Position numbers and translations under genes: made by a program | Shown: piece after piece, positions 31,686-41,118 of the stretch | Position numbering within the stretch: the first letter of the stretch is position 1 | Layout: each line of letters starts with the position of its first letter | Source of the DNA: Planctomycetota bacterium | GTDB taxonomy: Bacteria; Planctomycetota; UBA1135; UBA2386 | Reading direction: 5' to 3' | Assembly (NCBI GenBank): GCA_965228735.1 | Contig: OZ245838.1 | Coordinates: 416,001-480,000 of the forward strand | Length of the DNA: 64,000 nucleotides | The notes under the pieces: model-generated | What the model saw: only the letters and a program-made list of their open reading frames with translations | Databases searched by the model: none | Told to the model about the DNA's origin: nothing

Positions 31686-32023
31686 CGCACGTCGTCGCCG
31701 AACCCTGCGTCAACTGCAAGTACACCGACTGCGTCGAGGTCTGCCCGGTCGACGCCTTCCGCGAGGGCGAGAACTGCCTGGTCATCAGCCCCGACGACTG
31801 CATCGACTGCACGCTGTGCGTGTCGCAGTGCCCGGTCGGCGCCATCCACATCGAGGGCGAGCTGCCCGCGAAGTGGGCCGAGTGGCTCGCGCTGAACGCC
31901 ACGTTCAGTCGCCGCTGGCCGGTCATCACCAGGCAGAAGGAACCGCGCGCCGATCACGAGCGTTGGGCGGCGGTCGCGGACAAGCGGGCCGCGCTGTCGG
32001 AGCGGCCCGGTGGGGGCGATTGA
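31682..32023 (+). CDS. fdxA: Ferredoxin, FdxA (7Fe) type
   Basis: [43 protein letters not shown]. Confidence 0.88.
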   Translation: MTHVVAEPCVNCKYTDCVEVCPVDAFREGENCLVISPDDCIDCTLCVSQCPVGAIHIEGELPAKWAEWLALNATFSRRWPVITRQKEPRADHERWAAVADKRAALSERPGGGD

Positions 32024-32029
32024 CGTTCG

Positions 32030-32125
32030 CGTGGGACTGCTCGTCGTCGGCGGCCGCATCGAGCAGTTTGTCGAGGCGGCGGCGCAGCGCCTCCTCGTCC
32101 CCGCAGAACTCGGCCAGCAAACGCC
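32030..32125 (-). pseudogene. Possible remnant of a Ser/Thr kinase N-terminus
   Basis: LAEFCGDEEALRRRLDKLLDA resembles the 'L.e.C..D..LR..v..LL' leader of ECF-linked kinases. Confidence 0.35.
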
Positions 32126-32264
32126 AGCTACGGTGGCGGGTCGAGCTCGGCAGCCCCTGTCGAGGCGACCCTGGCGATTCTGATCGACGACGTCGTCAAG
32201 CTCGCACTCGACTCGCCGCCGATCGGCAGGGACCTCGGCCGTCCGGCGGGGCTCCGGTCCGTCG

Positions 32265-33461
32265 TCACAAGGACTTCAGATACTCCACCAGAACACGCAC
32301 CTGCGCGTCGTTCAGCCCGAGGTGCAGATGACCGTCGTAGTGGCGCACGACATCCTCGAGCGTCGCTGCGCTGCCATCGTGGAAGTACGGGGGATGCTGC
32401 CACAGGCCGCGCAGCGGCGTTGCACGATATAGACCGGTCGCGCTGCGCTGGGCGTGGCGCGGGTCCGTGCCGACTGCGGCGGCGGGATGGAGTCGACCGT
32501 CCGAGAAGGTCGGGCCCGAGTGGCATTCGCTGCAACGGGCCGCACCGGCGAACAGCGCGCGTCCGGCTTCGGCGTCGGCGGGGTCGAACGAGAACGCCGG
32601 TGGCGGCGGTGTCGAGAGGCTGTGTTGGTAGGCGGCGAGGGCGGCCAGCTTCGGGGTCACGATGTCGGGGGTGCGCACGACGTGCAGTCCGATCCGCGGA
32701 TCGTGGATGACACCGCGGCCACCCATCTGGGTGATGGCGACGTAGGCGTTCCAGTAGGAGATGTCGCCATCGCCCGTGAAGGTGGTCAGGGGCACGTCGC
32801 GCAGCCCGTACACCGGCGGAATCACCGCCGGGTCGCTCTCACCGTCCTGATTGAAGCGGGCGTCGTACTTGCCCGGCCCCCAGGATGTCAGTGCGGCCTG
32901 GATCGCCGGGTCCTGGGTCGCGGGCGACAGGGCCAGGATCTGCCCGGGATCGAGATCGGTGTTGGCCCAGCCATCGAGTCGTGAGCCGATGCCCGGAGCG
33001 ACCCGATCGTCGACTGTCGAGTGGCACAGGGCGCAGGTGACGCCGAGGCTGGTGAGCTGGCCGGCTTCGACTCGGCCGACGATGCCGACGACAGCGTTGA
33101 GTTCGATCAACGCAAGCGTGGTGGCGGGGTCCTGCAGATCGGCGCTCGCGAGCACCGCCTCGGGCACGGCATCGGCGTCGACCTTCAAGCCGACCGCGAG
33201 CGCAGTCGCCGGCGTCAGCGTGGCGACCACGTGGTGAAGGCCGAGGCCATCCGTCCACTGGCTCTCGTCGCCGAAGGTGTCATAGCGGAAGATCTGCTTG
33301 CCGGCTTCGACCAGTCGGGGTTCGGGCGGCTGCGCGGTAGCCGGGGCGTCGTTGCGGTGGCAGGCGGTGAGGAGCATCGCCGTGACGATCGCCGTACCCG
33401 AGAGCACTGGCGACCGGGACGGGTCCGGGTTGCACGTGTTCATTGTGTTCGCCGGCGTCAT
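32265..33461 (-). CDS. Di-heme c-type cytochrome lipoprotein (bCcP/MauG-like C-terminus)
   Basis: Lipobox LTAC; CALCH and CSECH; YRATPLRG....PYFHDGS..TLEDVV. Confidence 0.82.
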   Translation of the reverse strand: MTPANTMNTCNPDPSRSPVLSGTAIVTAMLLTACHRNDAPATAQPPEPRLVEAGKQIFRYDTFGDESQWTDGLGLHHVVATLTPATALAVGLKVDADAVPEAVLASADLQDPATTLALIELNAVVGIVGRVEAGQLTSLGVTCALCHSTVDDRVAPGIGSRLDGWANTDLDPGQILALSPATQDPAIQAALTSWGPGKYDARFNQDGESDPAVIPPVYGLRDVPLTTFTGDGDISYWNAYVAITQMGGRGVIHDPRIGLHVVRTPDIVTPKLAALAAYQHSLSTPPPPAFSFDPADAEAGRALFAGAARCSECHSGPTFSDGRLHPAAAVGTDPRHAQRSATGLYRATPLRGLWQHPPYFHDGSAATLEDVVRHYDGHLHLGLNDAQVRVLVEYLKSL

Positions 33462-33889
33462 GGGTGCAGGATGATGGCCCCGGCATTGTCGGGACCGACC
33501 GGCTCGGTCAGTTCGATGCCGTTGGCATGCAGCGCGAACGCGAGCACCGACCAGTAGTCCGGTTCGGACAACTTCCGGCGATGCGATGCCTTGGGCGGCA
33601 TGTTCTGGGTTGCGTACAACGCGACGTCCAGGGCGCTGCGGAACGTCGCCGTGCGCTCCTGATCGGCTCGGGGCATCTTCGGTAGGGCGCCGGCGCCGAC
33701 CAGAGCGGGCGCGCGGTCACCTTGTCCGGCGGGGCCGTGGCAACGCGCACAGTGCTCGGCGTAGACCGCAGCACCGCGATCCAGTTGGGTGGCCAGTCCG
33801 GCGCCCGGGGTTGCGGTTGGCGCGGCGATCCCGGCGCCGGCACAGGCCGCCACCAGAATCGAGAGGGCAGAGACAGCAGAACGTCGCAC
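33458..33889 (-). CDS. Mono-heme cytochrome c
   Basis: Signal/lipobox VAAC; CARCH; axial MPP; GTG start with AAGGAAG RBS; ATGA overlap with di-heme gene. Confidence 0.85.
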   Translation of the reverse strand: MRRSAVSALSILVAACAGAGIAAPTATPGAGLATQLDRGAAVYAEHCARCHGPAGQGDRAPALVGAGALPKMPRADQERTATFRSALDVALYATQNMPPKASHRRKLSEPDYWSVLAFALHANGIELTEPVGPDNAGAIILHP

Positions 33890-33946
33890 GGCTACTTCCT
33901 TGCTAGAGGTCAGGGTTGGGGGCACCGCCGTGGCGATTCCCGGCGT

Positions 33947-33975
33947 ATGGAGGGCCGCATCCGCGGATCGGTTAC
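33947..33975 (-). promoter_or_regulatory. Putative ECF promoter for the cytochrome operon: GTAAC-N13-CGGCCCTCCAT
   Basis: Same boxes and spacing as 34002-34030. Confidence 0.7.
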
Positions 33976-34001
33976 CGGAACGTCGGGAGTTCTTTTTTCC
34001 T

Positions 34002-34030
34002 GTAACGTCCACCGGCGTTCGGCCCTCCAT
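34002..34030 (+). promoter_or_regulatory. Putative autoregulatory ECF promoter: GTAAC-N13-CGGCCCTCCAT
   Basis: Mirror of 33947-33975; AAC-containing -35 typical of ECF promoters. Confidence 0.7.
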
Positions 34031-34040
34031 GGGCGTGGCC

Positions 34041-34733
34041 ATGCCTGATCCCATTTCTCTGCACCCTGGCTCCTGGCAGCACACCGCGATCTCCGACGAA
34101 GACATCGTCGGGCGCGTGCTTGCCGGCGAGACCGAGCTGTTTGAATTGTTGGTCCGACGCCACAATCAGCGCCTCTTTCGCGCTGCTCGCGCGGTGCTCG
34201 GCGACGACGAGGCCGCCGAAGAGGCGCTGCAGCGGGGCTACATCCAGATCTGGCGCCGGTTGGAAACCTTCGCCGGTCGCGCGTCGCTGATCAGTTGGAT
34301 GCACCGCATCGTCTTGCGCGTCGCCTTCGAGGTGGCCAGCGCCGAACAACGGCGACGTAGTGTGCTTGCGACTGCGGCGACCAACCTGCCGCCCAGGACG
34401 TCGGACGTCGAGCGGCCACCCGATCGGGGCATTCGCGAGGAAGCTGCTCGCGCGATCGATGCGGCGGTGATGTCCCTCGAACCGACCTACCGGCTCGTGT
34501 TCGTGATGCGGATCGTCGACGGCCTGTCGACCGCCGCGGTCGCCGAAGCGTTGGAGGTGAACGAGGGCGTAGTCAAGGTGCGACTACACCGCGCCCGCGA
34601 ACAGCTGCGGGGGCGGCTGGTTGAGCATGCCGGGATCGATCGATCTGCTCGCGACCTGTGGCGCTTCGACGGTGAGCGTTGCGACCGCGTCACGGGTCGC
34701 GTGCTCGCCGCCATCGCGCGTGGTCGAGGGTGA
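34041..34733 (+). CDS. ECF sigma factor with C-terminal FxGxRCDR extension
   Basis: FELLVRRHNQRLFRAARA, YRLVFVMR, VKVRLHRAR, FDGERCDRV; alternative start 34029. Confidence 0.9.
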   Translation: MPDPISLHPGSWQHTAISDEDIVGRVLAGETELFELLVRRHNQRLFRAARAVLGDDEAAEEALQRGYIQIWRRLETFAGRASLISWMHRIVLRVAFEVASAEQRRRSVLATAATNLPPRTSDVERPPDRGIREEAARAIDAAVMSLEPTYRLVFVMRIVDGLSTAAVAEALEVNEGVVKVRLHRAREQLRGRLVEHAGIDRSARDLWRFDGERCDRVTGRVLAAIARGRG

Positions 34734-34843
34734 TGGTTCAGCCGCCTTGGCGCAAGTCGTTCGGCTGAGCGTTCGGTCGCCGCGGTGACGGACAGCCCTC
34801 GGCAGGATCGGCTCCGCGTACCGGGCCCCGAATCGGGCGCAGC

Positions 34844-34965
34844 CTACGGCACGATCGGCACCTGCAGCCGCTGCGTGCTCTGGAATGCCGGCCCCGGCGC
34901 GACATGGAACCACTGGAAGTAGAGGTCCATTGCCGGCAGCCACTCCGGCAGCCGCACGACGCGCC
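34844..34965 (-). pseudogene. Orphan 3' fragment of a gene with the shared C-terminal domain
   Basis: LPEWLPAMDLYFQWFHVAPGPAFQSTQRLQVPIVP* matches the domain's final strands; no intact 5' part. Confidence 0.55.
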
Positions 34966-35057
34966 GATCACGGTCTGCTGGGCGACCGGGTCGCATCGTG
35001 GTCGGTGATGGCCACGTCGTCCTTCGCGAACGCGTTCGCTGTCCGTCTGCCCGGGGC

Positions 35058-36614
35058 TCAGTTCGTGTCGAGCTGGCGCTCGAGCACACCATGCAGGCGG
35101 GCGGCGGTCTCCGGGTGCTGCGACAAGACGTCGTGCTGCTCCAGGTGATCCTCGCGCAGCGAGTAGAGCTGTTGGCGACCGTCCTTGAACTGGCAGAACT
35201 TCCAGCCGTCCTTGTCGATCACGACCCCCTTCATGATGCGGCGGCCGCGGATGAAGATCCAGTCATGGCCGCGGTCCGGCTCGCCCCGCAGCGTCGCGAG
35301 GTAAGAGCGACCGTCGGTGCGGTGGATGCGAGGATCCTCGAGGCCGACGATCTCGGCGAGCGTCGCCAGGAAGTCGTAGTGTGTCGTCAGGCGATCGGTC
35401 GTGACGCCGGCCGGGATCGTGCCGGGCATGCGCACGAACATCGGGCAGCGTACGCCGCCCTCGAACGCGGACCACTTGAGGTTGGCCATGCCCGCGGCGC
35501 CGTCGAAGCTGTCGCCACCGTTGCTGGTGCGCCACTTGTGCTGGTCGTAGTCGGCGGGTGTTCCGTCCAGGAGTCTGTCCTTGCGACGCTTGGGCAAGAG
35601 CCCCTGGGCGTTCTCGTAGTAGGTCTCGTGGCCGTTGTCCGACGAGAAGAACACCATCGTATCGTCGTCCATCCCGAGGCGTTCGAGCTCTTCCAGGATG
35701 CGGCCGACGTGGTCGTCGAGCATCTTGACCATCGTCGCGTACTTCTTCTCCGACAGCGTCAGCTCATCGCGATCGGCGAAGTCCGCATGCAGCTGTTCGA
35801 CGGCGACCGGCCCGTGTGGCAGCTGCGTGCTGTGGTAGAGGAAGAAGCGTTCGTCGGCATGGTTGTCGGCGTGGTCGCGCAGGTAGTCGAGGATCTCGCG
35901 CAGGAAGACGTCCTGGGAGTAGGTTGCTCCGCCCTGCCCGACCGGCTCACGACCGCGTTCGCTGCGCTTGCCGGCGTCGGCGAACGGGTTGCCGGGCAGC
36001 GGCATCTTGTGGCCGTTCTTCCACAAGTACCGGGGGTAGAAGCCGTGCGCGCGGACATGGTCGAAGTAGCCGACGTAGTGCTGCCAGCCGTGCCGCGTCA
36101 CGCGTTCGTGCCAGGTGAGAAACCCCGCATCCAGCTTGCCGAACTGCGCGGTGCGGTAGCCGGCCAACCTCGCGACCTGGCCCAGCAGGAGGGTGTCGTC
36201 GGCGATCGGGGCGGCTTTGCTGCGCCGCGCGATGTGCGCGTCATAGCGGCGGCGCCATTCGACGTCGTCGTCGATCTCCCGGTCGAGACGAACGAGGAAG
36301 CCGCCGGCGCTGTGCGAGCCGACGCCCTTGCGGCCATCATGGCGGCCGCTGAGCAGGCTGCTGCGGGCCGGAGCGCAGAACGCATTGCCGTGGTAGTTCG
36401 AGAACGCGATGCCCTCGCGCGCGAGGCGGTCGATGTTGGGCGTCGTGACGATCTGCTGGCCGTAGTGCCCGAGCATGCCCAGGCCGAGATCGTCGGCGAG
36501 GATCAGCACCACGTTGGGGCGCTGCTGGCTCACGCCCGCTGGGCCCGTTGCGATCGCGGCGACCAGCGCGATCACGCCGGCCCAGCGAGGAGAGGTCGGT
36601 TTGGTCGAGAGCAT
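35058..36614 (-). CDS. Cys-type sulfatase
   Basis: RPNVVLILADDLG, CAPARSSLLSG (CxPxR), SSDNG, EGGVR. Confidence 0.93.
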   Translation of the reverse strand: MLSTKPTSPRWAGVIALVAAIATGPAGVSQQRPNVVLILADDLGLGMLGHYGQQIVTTPNIDRLAREGIAFSNYHGNAFCAPARSSLLSGRHDGRKGVGSHSAGGFLVRLDREIDDDVEWRRRYDAHIARRSKAAPIADDTLLLGQVARLAGYRTAQFGKLDAGFLTWHERVTRHGWQHYVGYFDHVRAHGFYPRYLWKNGHKMPLPGNPFADAGKRSERGREPVGQGGATYSQDVFLREILDYLRDHADNHADERFFLYHSTQLPHGPVAVEQLHADFADRDELTLSEKKYATMVKMLDDHVGRILEELERLGMDDDTMVFFSSDNGHETYYENAQGLLPKRRKDRLLDGTPADYDQHKWRTSNGGDSFDGAAGMANLKWSAFEGGVRCPMFVRMPGTIPAGVTTDRLTTHYDFLATLAEIVGLEDPRIHRTDGRSYLATLRGEPDRGHDWIFIRGRRIMKGVVIDKDGWKFCQFKDGRQQLYSLREDHLEQHDVLSQHPETAARLHGVLERQLDTN

Positions 36615-36841
36615 GACGCGGCCATTGCCGTTCGGCGTTGCCGGGCGGCGTAGTGAGTCCATCACCTGCGGGTCCGTGCGGCGGCGGTTCGCGGCAGTCA
36701 CGACGGCCAGCAGGCCGATGGTCCGGTTGTTCATGTCAGACGGTTCCTGTCCGAAGCGGGAGCTCGGATAGGGCTACCTTAGGAACCACGTGGGAGATCT
36801 ACCAAGTGGTCCGTCACCGGCTGCCGCGATAGCGTTCCGCG

Positions 36842-38194
36842 GTGCTCAGAGTCTGCCTCGTCTCGGTTCTCGTTCTCGCCGCCGCTCGAGCCCAGGAACC
36901 GCGCTGGCCGCAGTTCCGCGGCGTGCAGGCGTCCGGAGTCTCGGACGGGCACGCGCTGCCGGACCAGTTCGACGTGGCCACGGGGGAGAACGTCCGGTGG
37001 CGCACGCCCGTGCCGGGGCTGTCGCACGCCTCGCCGGTGGTCTGGGGCGATCGCTGCTTCGTCGTGACCGCGGTGAAGCAGGGCGGCGACGCCAGTCTCA
37101 AGATCGGCCGCTACGGCGACGGGGATTCGGCGGACGACCTCGTCGAGCACACGTTCCAGGTGTGGTGTTTGCGGCTCGAGGACGGCCGTGTCGACTGGGT
37201 GCGCACGGCGACGCGCTGCGTCCCGCGGTTTGCCCGCCACACCAAGGCGACGCACGCGGACCCGACGCCGGTGACCGACGGTCGCCACGTCGTCGCCGTG
37301 TTCGGGGCGCAGGGCATGTTCTGTTACACGGTCGACGGGGAGGTCGTCTGGCAGAAGGACCTCGGCGCGCTCGACGTCGGCCCGCACGATTCGATGGACC
37401 TGCACTGGGGCTACGCCAGTTCGCCAACGATCGCGGGCGGCCTCGTGATCGTGCAGGCCGACGTGAAGGAGGACCCGTTCCTGGCCGCGTGGCGCGTCGA
37501 CACGGGCGAACTCGCCTGGCGCGTGAAGCGCGATGACACGACGAGCTGGGCGACGCCGACCGTCGTCGACACGGACCGCGGTGCGCTGGTGTTCGTCAAC
37601 GGCTGCCTGCACATGGGGGCCTACGAGCTCTCCGACGGCTCCGAGGTCTGGCGCATGGCCGGCGGCGGCGGTCTGCCGATCCCGGCTCCGATCGTCAGCG
37701 GCGAGCACGTGCTGTTCACGAGCAACCACCGACCGCTGAAGCTCGGGCACCCGCGCCGTCCGATCTTCGCCGTGCACAAGACAGCCGTCGGCGAGCTGCC
37801 GATCCCGACCAGGGAAGAACCCGGGAAACACGTGAGCTGGATGCAGACGCGCGTCGGCAACTACATCCAGACGCCGATCGTCTACCGCGGGCTGCTCTAC
37901 CTGTGCAACTCGAGCGGCGTCGTCTCGATCGTCGACGCCGCGACCGGCGAGGTCCACGGCCGTCCGCGGCTGAGCGAGGGCGCTGCGGCCTATTCGGCGT
38001 CCCCGGTCGCGGGCGACGGCAAGCTGTGGTTCACGAGCGAGGAGGGCGATGTCAGCGTCGTGCGCGCGGGGCGGGAGTTCGAGCCCATCGGCGTCAGCCC
38101 GCTCGGCGAGATCTGCATGGCGACGCCGGCGATCGCGGGCGGCACGTTGCTGTTCCGGACGCGCGGTCACGTCGTCGCGATCGCAGCCAACTGA
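36842..38194 (+). CDS. PQQ-binding-like beta-propeller protein
   Basis: WPQFRG, NVRWRTPVPGLSHASP, repeated G...W blades, ATPAI. Confidence 0.9.
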   Translation: MLRVCLVSVLVLAAARAQEPRWPQFRGVQASGVSDGHALPDQFDVATGENVRWRTPVPGLSHASPVVWGDRCFVVTAVKQGGDASLKIGRYGDGDSADDLVEHTFQVWCLRLEDGRVDWVRTATRCVPRFARHTKATHADPTPVTDGRHVVAVFGAQGMFCYTVDGEVVWQKDLGALDVGPHDSMDLHWGYASSPTIAGGLVIVQADVKEDPFLAAWRVDTGELAWRVKRDDTTSWATPTVVDTDRGALVFVNGCLHMGAYELSDGSEVWRMAGGGGLPIPAPIVSGEHVLFTSNHRPLKLGHPRRPIFAVHKTAVGELPIPTREEPGKHVSWMQTRVGNYIQTPIVYRGLLYLCNSSGVVSIVDAATGEVHGRPRLSEGAAAYSASPVAGDGKLWFTSEEGDVSVVRAGREFEPIGVSPLGEICMATPAIAGGTLLFRTRGHVVAIAAN

Positions 38195-38199
38195 CTCCG

Positions 38200-38219
38200 C
38201 CGCCCGTTTCGGCGGGCGG
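38200..38219. terminator. Hairpin between convergent genes
   Basis: CCGCCCG-TTTCGG-CGGGCGG; no U-tract. Confidence 0.4.
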
Positions 38220-38242
38220 GCCGTTGTCGAGTCGGCTCGGGC

Positions 38243-39622
38243 CTACACCTCGACCGGCGAGAACCCGTCGCGGTACGCCCGCCGCACGACCGTGTCCGTC
38301 GCCTCCTGGCTGTTGCTGAACGTCAGCGTCTTCTTGTCCCACTGCAGCTCCTGGCCGGGAAAGCGGCTGGCCTTGACCGGCAGGATCGCGCACTCGGTCA
38401 TGCGCAGCGCCTGCTCGAACGGCGTCCAGACCTTCACGTCCTCGTCGCCGAGCGCCCGTTCGATCCAGCTGCCCCAGTGCGCGTACTTGCCGACGTCGGT
38501 GTTGGCGCCGAGGTCCGCGGGGCTGACCAGCTCGTTCTTCACGTAGCACTCGAGCTTGTTGCCGCCGGCGTTGATGATCAGCGTGCCGTTCTCGCAGACC
38601 ACGACGGTCTGGTTGGCGCCGACCTTGTCCTTCGGGATCCCGAGCGAGCGCAGGTCGTAGCCGACGCCGGCGTCGTTGTAGTGGACCGGGAACGTGTCGT
38701 GCTTGAAGCGATCGCCGCGGACCGCGTAGGTCATCGTCGACTTGCACTCCGTGCAGTGGTACCAATCGGCCGCGCGCGGCGTGTCGCACCGGACCGACAC
38801 CGGGCTCGTGAGCTCGGGGTAGGCGTACATGATGATGTCCAGCAGGTGCACGCCCCAATCGCCGAGACCGGCGGTGCCGAAGTCCCACCACGCGCGCCAC
38901 TTGTTCGGTGCGATGCCGTCGCGGTAGGGCTGCTCCGCTGCCGGGCCGAGCCAGAGATCCCAATCGATGTTGGCCGGCGGCTCCTTGCTGGCCGGCAGCT
39001 CGAGGCCCTTGGCGCTGCCGCGGCGCGTGCCCGTCCAGACGTATGCCGCGATCGCCGGGCCCAGCAGATTCTGCTCGAGAATGTCCACCGCGATGCGGCG
39101 GCCCGGGTTCTGCATCCGCTGGTTGCCCGTGTTGGTGGCGAGGAACGGCCGGTTCCGGACCGCGCTCTCGAGCATCGCGAGCTCCTCGAGCTGCTGCACC
39201 AGCGGCTTCTGGGCGTAGACGTGCTTGTTGCCGGCCAGCGCCAGCAGGATCGGACCGATGTGGGAGTGATCGGGCGTGCACACGTTGACCGCGTCGAACT
39301 CGTCGAGCCGGTCCGCGAACACCTCGCGGTAGTCGGTCGCCGTGAACGCGTCCGGGAACTGCTTGCCGACCTTCTCGAGCGGGTCGGTGTCGACGTCGAC
39401 GAGGCCGACGATCCTTGCGCGCTCGTGCCGGTTGATGTTGTTGCGGTCCATCCCGCCGATCCCGCCGACGCCGATCTGCAGCACGCGCAGCTCCTGCCGG
39501 CCCGCCGTCGGGTTGGTCGCGATGGCGCAGCCCGGCAGCGTCGGGACCGCCGCGGCACCCAGCAGGGTGGCGGAGGTCTTCACGAACTGGCGGCGGTTCG
39601 GGTGGTTCTTGGTGTGCCCCAT
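38243..39622 (-). CDS. Tat-exported Gfo/Idh/MocA oxidoreductase
   Basis: NRRQFVK twin-Arg, IGVGGIG, TPDHSH, QKPL, DWDLWLGPA, LGDWGVHLLD. Confidence 0.92.
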   Translation of the reverse strand: MGHTKNHPNRRQFVKTSATLLGAAAVPTLPGCAIATNPTAGRQELRVLQIGVGGIGGMDRNNINRHERARIVGLVDVDTDPLEKVGKQFPDAFTATDYREVFADRLDEFDAVNVCTPDHSHIGPILLALAGNKHVYAQKPLVQQLEELAMLESAVRNRPFLATNTGNQRMQNPGRRIAVDILEQNLLGPAIAAYVWTGTRRGSAKGLELPASKEPPANIDWDLWLGPAAEQPYRDGIAPNKWRAWWDFGTAGLGDWGVHLLDIIMYAYPELTSPVSVRCDTPRAADWYHCTECKSTMTYAVRGDRFKHDTFPVHYNDAGVGYDLRSLGIPKDKVGANQTVVVCENGTLIINAGGNKLECYVKNELVSPADLGANTDVGKYAHWGSWIERALGDEDVKVWTPFEQALRMTECAILPVKASRFPGQELQWDKKTLTFSNSQEATDTVVRRAYRDGFSPVEV

Positions 39623-39679
39623 GCGGGCGGTTGTAGCGCAAGAACGAACGTCGGGCGCGGAGAAGCTACGCGATCCGGC

Positions 39680-40915
39680 TCACCGCTTGCGAAGGGCAGA
39701 TCGCGCCGCTTCGACGACGCTCTGCGACGGGTTCTCCAGGAGCGCTTCCAGCTCCGGTTCGAGCAGCCTCGCGAGTTCGCCCGTGAGGCTGCGGACGACG
39801 CTCCGAACGCAGAGCGCCGTCCACGAGTTCTCGAGATCGCCCCGGAGCAACGGCCGCAGCTGATCCGCGACGACAGCGCCGCCCGTGCCGTGCGTCTTCA
39901 GGGATTCGATCAGCGCGCCGGCGCGGTCGAGAACGCGCAACATCGCGGCCTCGGTCGCGGGCACCCGGATGGCCTCCTTGGCGACCTTGACGAACTCCTC
40001 GGGTGTCGCGTGGAGCGCGAGGCAATGCCAGGCCGCGCGCCGGACGAACGACGGTCCGTTGCACTGGGCGAAGCGGATCAGCGGCCCGCGCACGTCGATT
40101 CGATCGTCTTGGGTCGACACGAGGACGTGCATGTGCACGAGGGTCGATGCCGGCGACAGGTCGCTCTTCTGCGCGCTCTCGGCCGCCGCCGTGACGAGAG
40201 CCTGTCGCCGCGACGCCGCGATCTTCACGCCGCCTGCCGAGCCCGAGTTCGCTACGCGCACCATGACGGCGAACTTCTCGACCCGTGACCAGGTCTGCAG
40301 TTCGTCGACAACCGTGAGGCTCTCCGCATGAGCCGCGAACATGCGCAGCGCAACGGCGGGGTCTTCGCGCTCCACGACGGCGTGGATCGCGCCGAGCGGG
40401 ATCGGGTCGTGCATCGCGACGAACGCGCCGACGCGGCCGTCCGCGGCGTCGTTCTCCCAGAGCTCAGCGATGGCGCCGAACCGCTTCCGCGTTGCCGAGG
40501 GCGACGCGCTGTCGAGCGCCCGCCGAATCGCATCGAGGTCGGCCGCGAGCAGCTCGCGCAACATGCGGTGGGAGGGGGAATCGTTCTCGGTCGCGGTGTA
40601 GCGCTTCACGAGATCCGCCGGTCGCGGCTCGGCCGACCCCAGCAGATACGCGCGGAACGGGTGCGCGAGCTTCGCCTCCGCCCGTCCGGCGTCGTCGCAG
40701 AGCCAGGTGAGTGCATCGCGCTGCCGGTCGCGGTACCCCTTGGCGATCAGCGCACTGAGTGCGGTGCCGGCCGCACTCGCGCTGCCGGTCATGCTCGTCA
40801 CGACGAGGGGCTCGGGCTCGCGGCCGCGGTCCTGAGCCTGTGCCGGCGCCGTGAGGTGAAGCAGGGCGAGCAAGCCGAAACGCGCGGACTCGGAAAGGGG
40901 CATGCCGTGGGTCAT
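39680..40915 (-). CDS. Secreted alpha-helical hypothetical protein
   Basis: Fills the gap between genes; signal peptide ending AQA-Q; helical composition; start uncertain. Confidence 0.6.
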   Translation of the reverse strand: MTHGMPLSESARFGLLALLHLTAPAQAQDRGREPEPLVVTSMTGSASAAGTALSALIAKGYRDRQRDALTWLCDDAGRAEAKLAHPFRAYLLGSAEPRPADLVKRYTATENDSPSHRMLRELLAADLDAIRRALDSASPSATRKRFGAIAELWENDAADGRVGAFVAMHDPIPLGAIHAVVEREDPAVALRMFAAHAESLTVVDELQTWSRVEKFAVMVRVANSGSAGGVKIAASRRQALVTAAAESAQKSDLSPASTLVHMHVLVSTQDDRIDVRGPLIRFAQCNGPSFVRRAAWHCLALHATPEEFVKVAKEAIRVPATEAAMLRVLDRAGALIESLKTHGTGGAVVADQLRPLLRGDLENSWTALCVRSVVRSLTGELARLLEPELEALLENPSQSVVEAARSALRKR

Positions 40916-41118
40916 GGCTTGAAACGACGTGAAAGCGAGGGCGCGTGCCATGGTGACGGCTCCTGGCGGTGCTCGCAACCCGGAGAGACTCCAGGAGCGG
41001 CGCTGGCCGCACCGTTGACGGCCGGAGATCGCCGCGTTCTCCGCGTGATCGAGCGGGCGTCGCCACAGACAGTGATTGCGTTCGGCGCCGACTTTGCTCG
41101 AGTTGTCGCCCGACCCCA

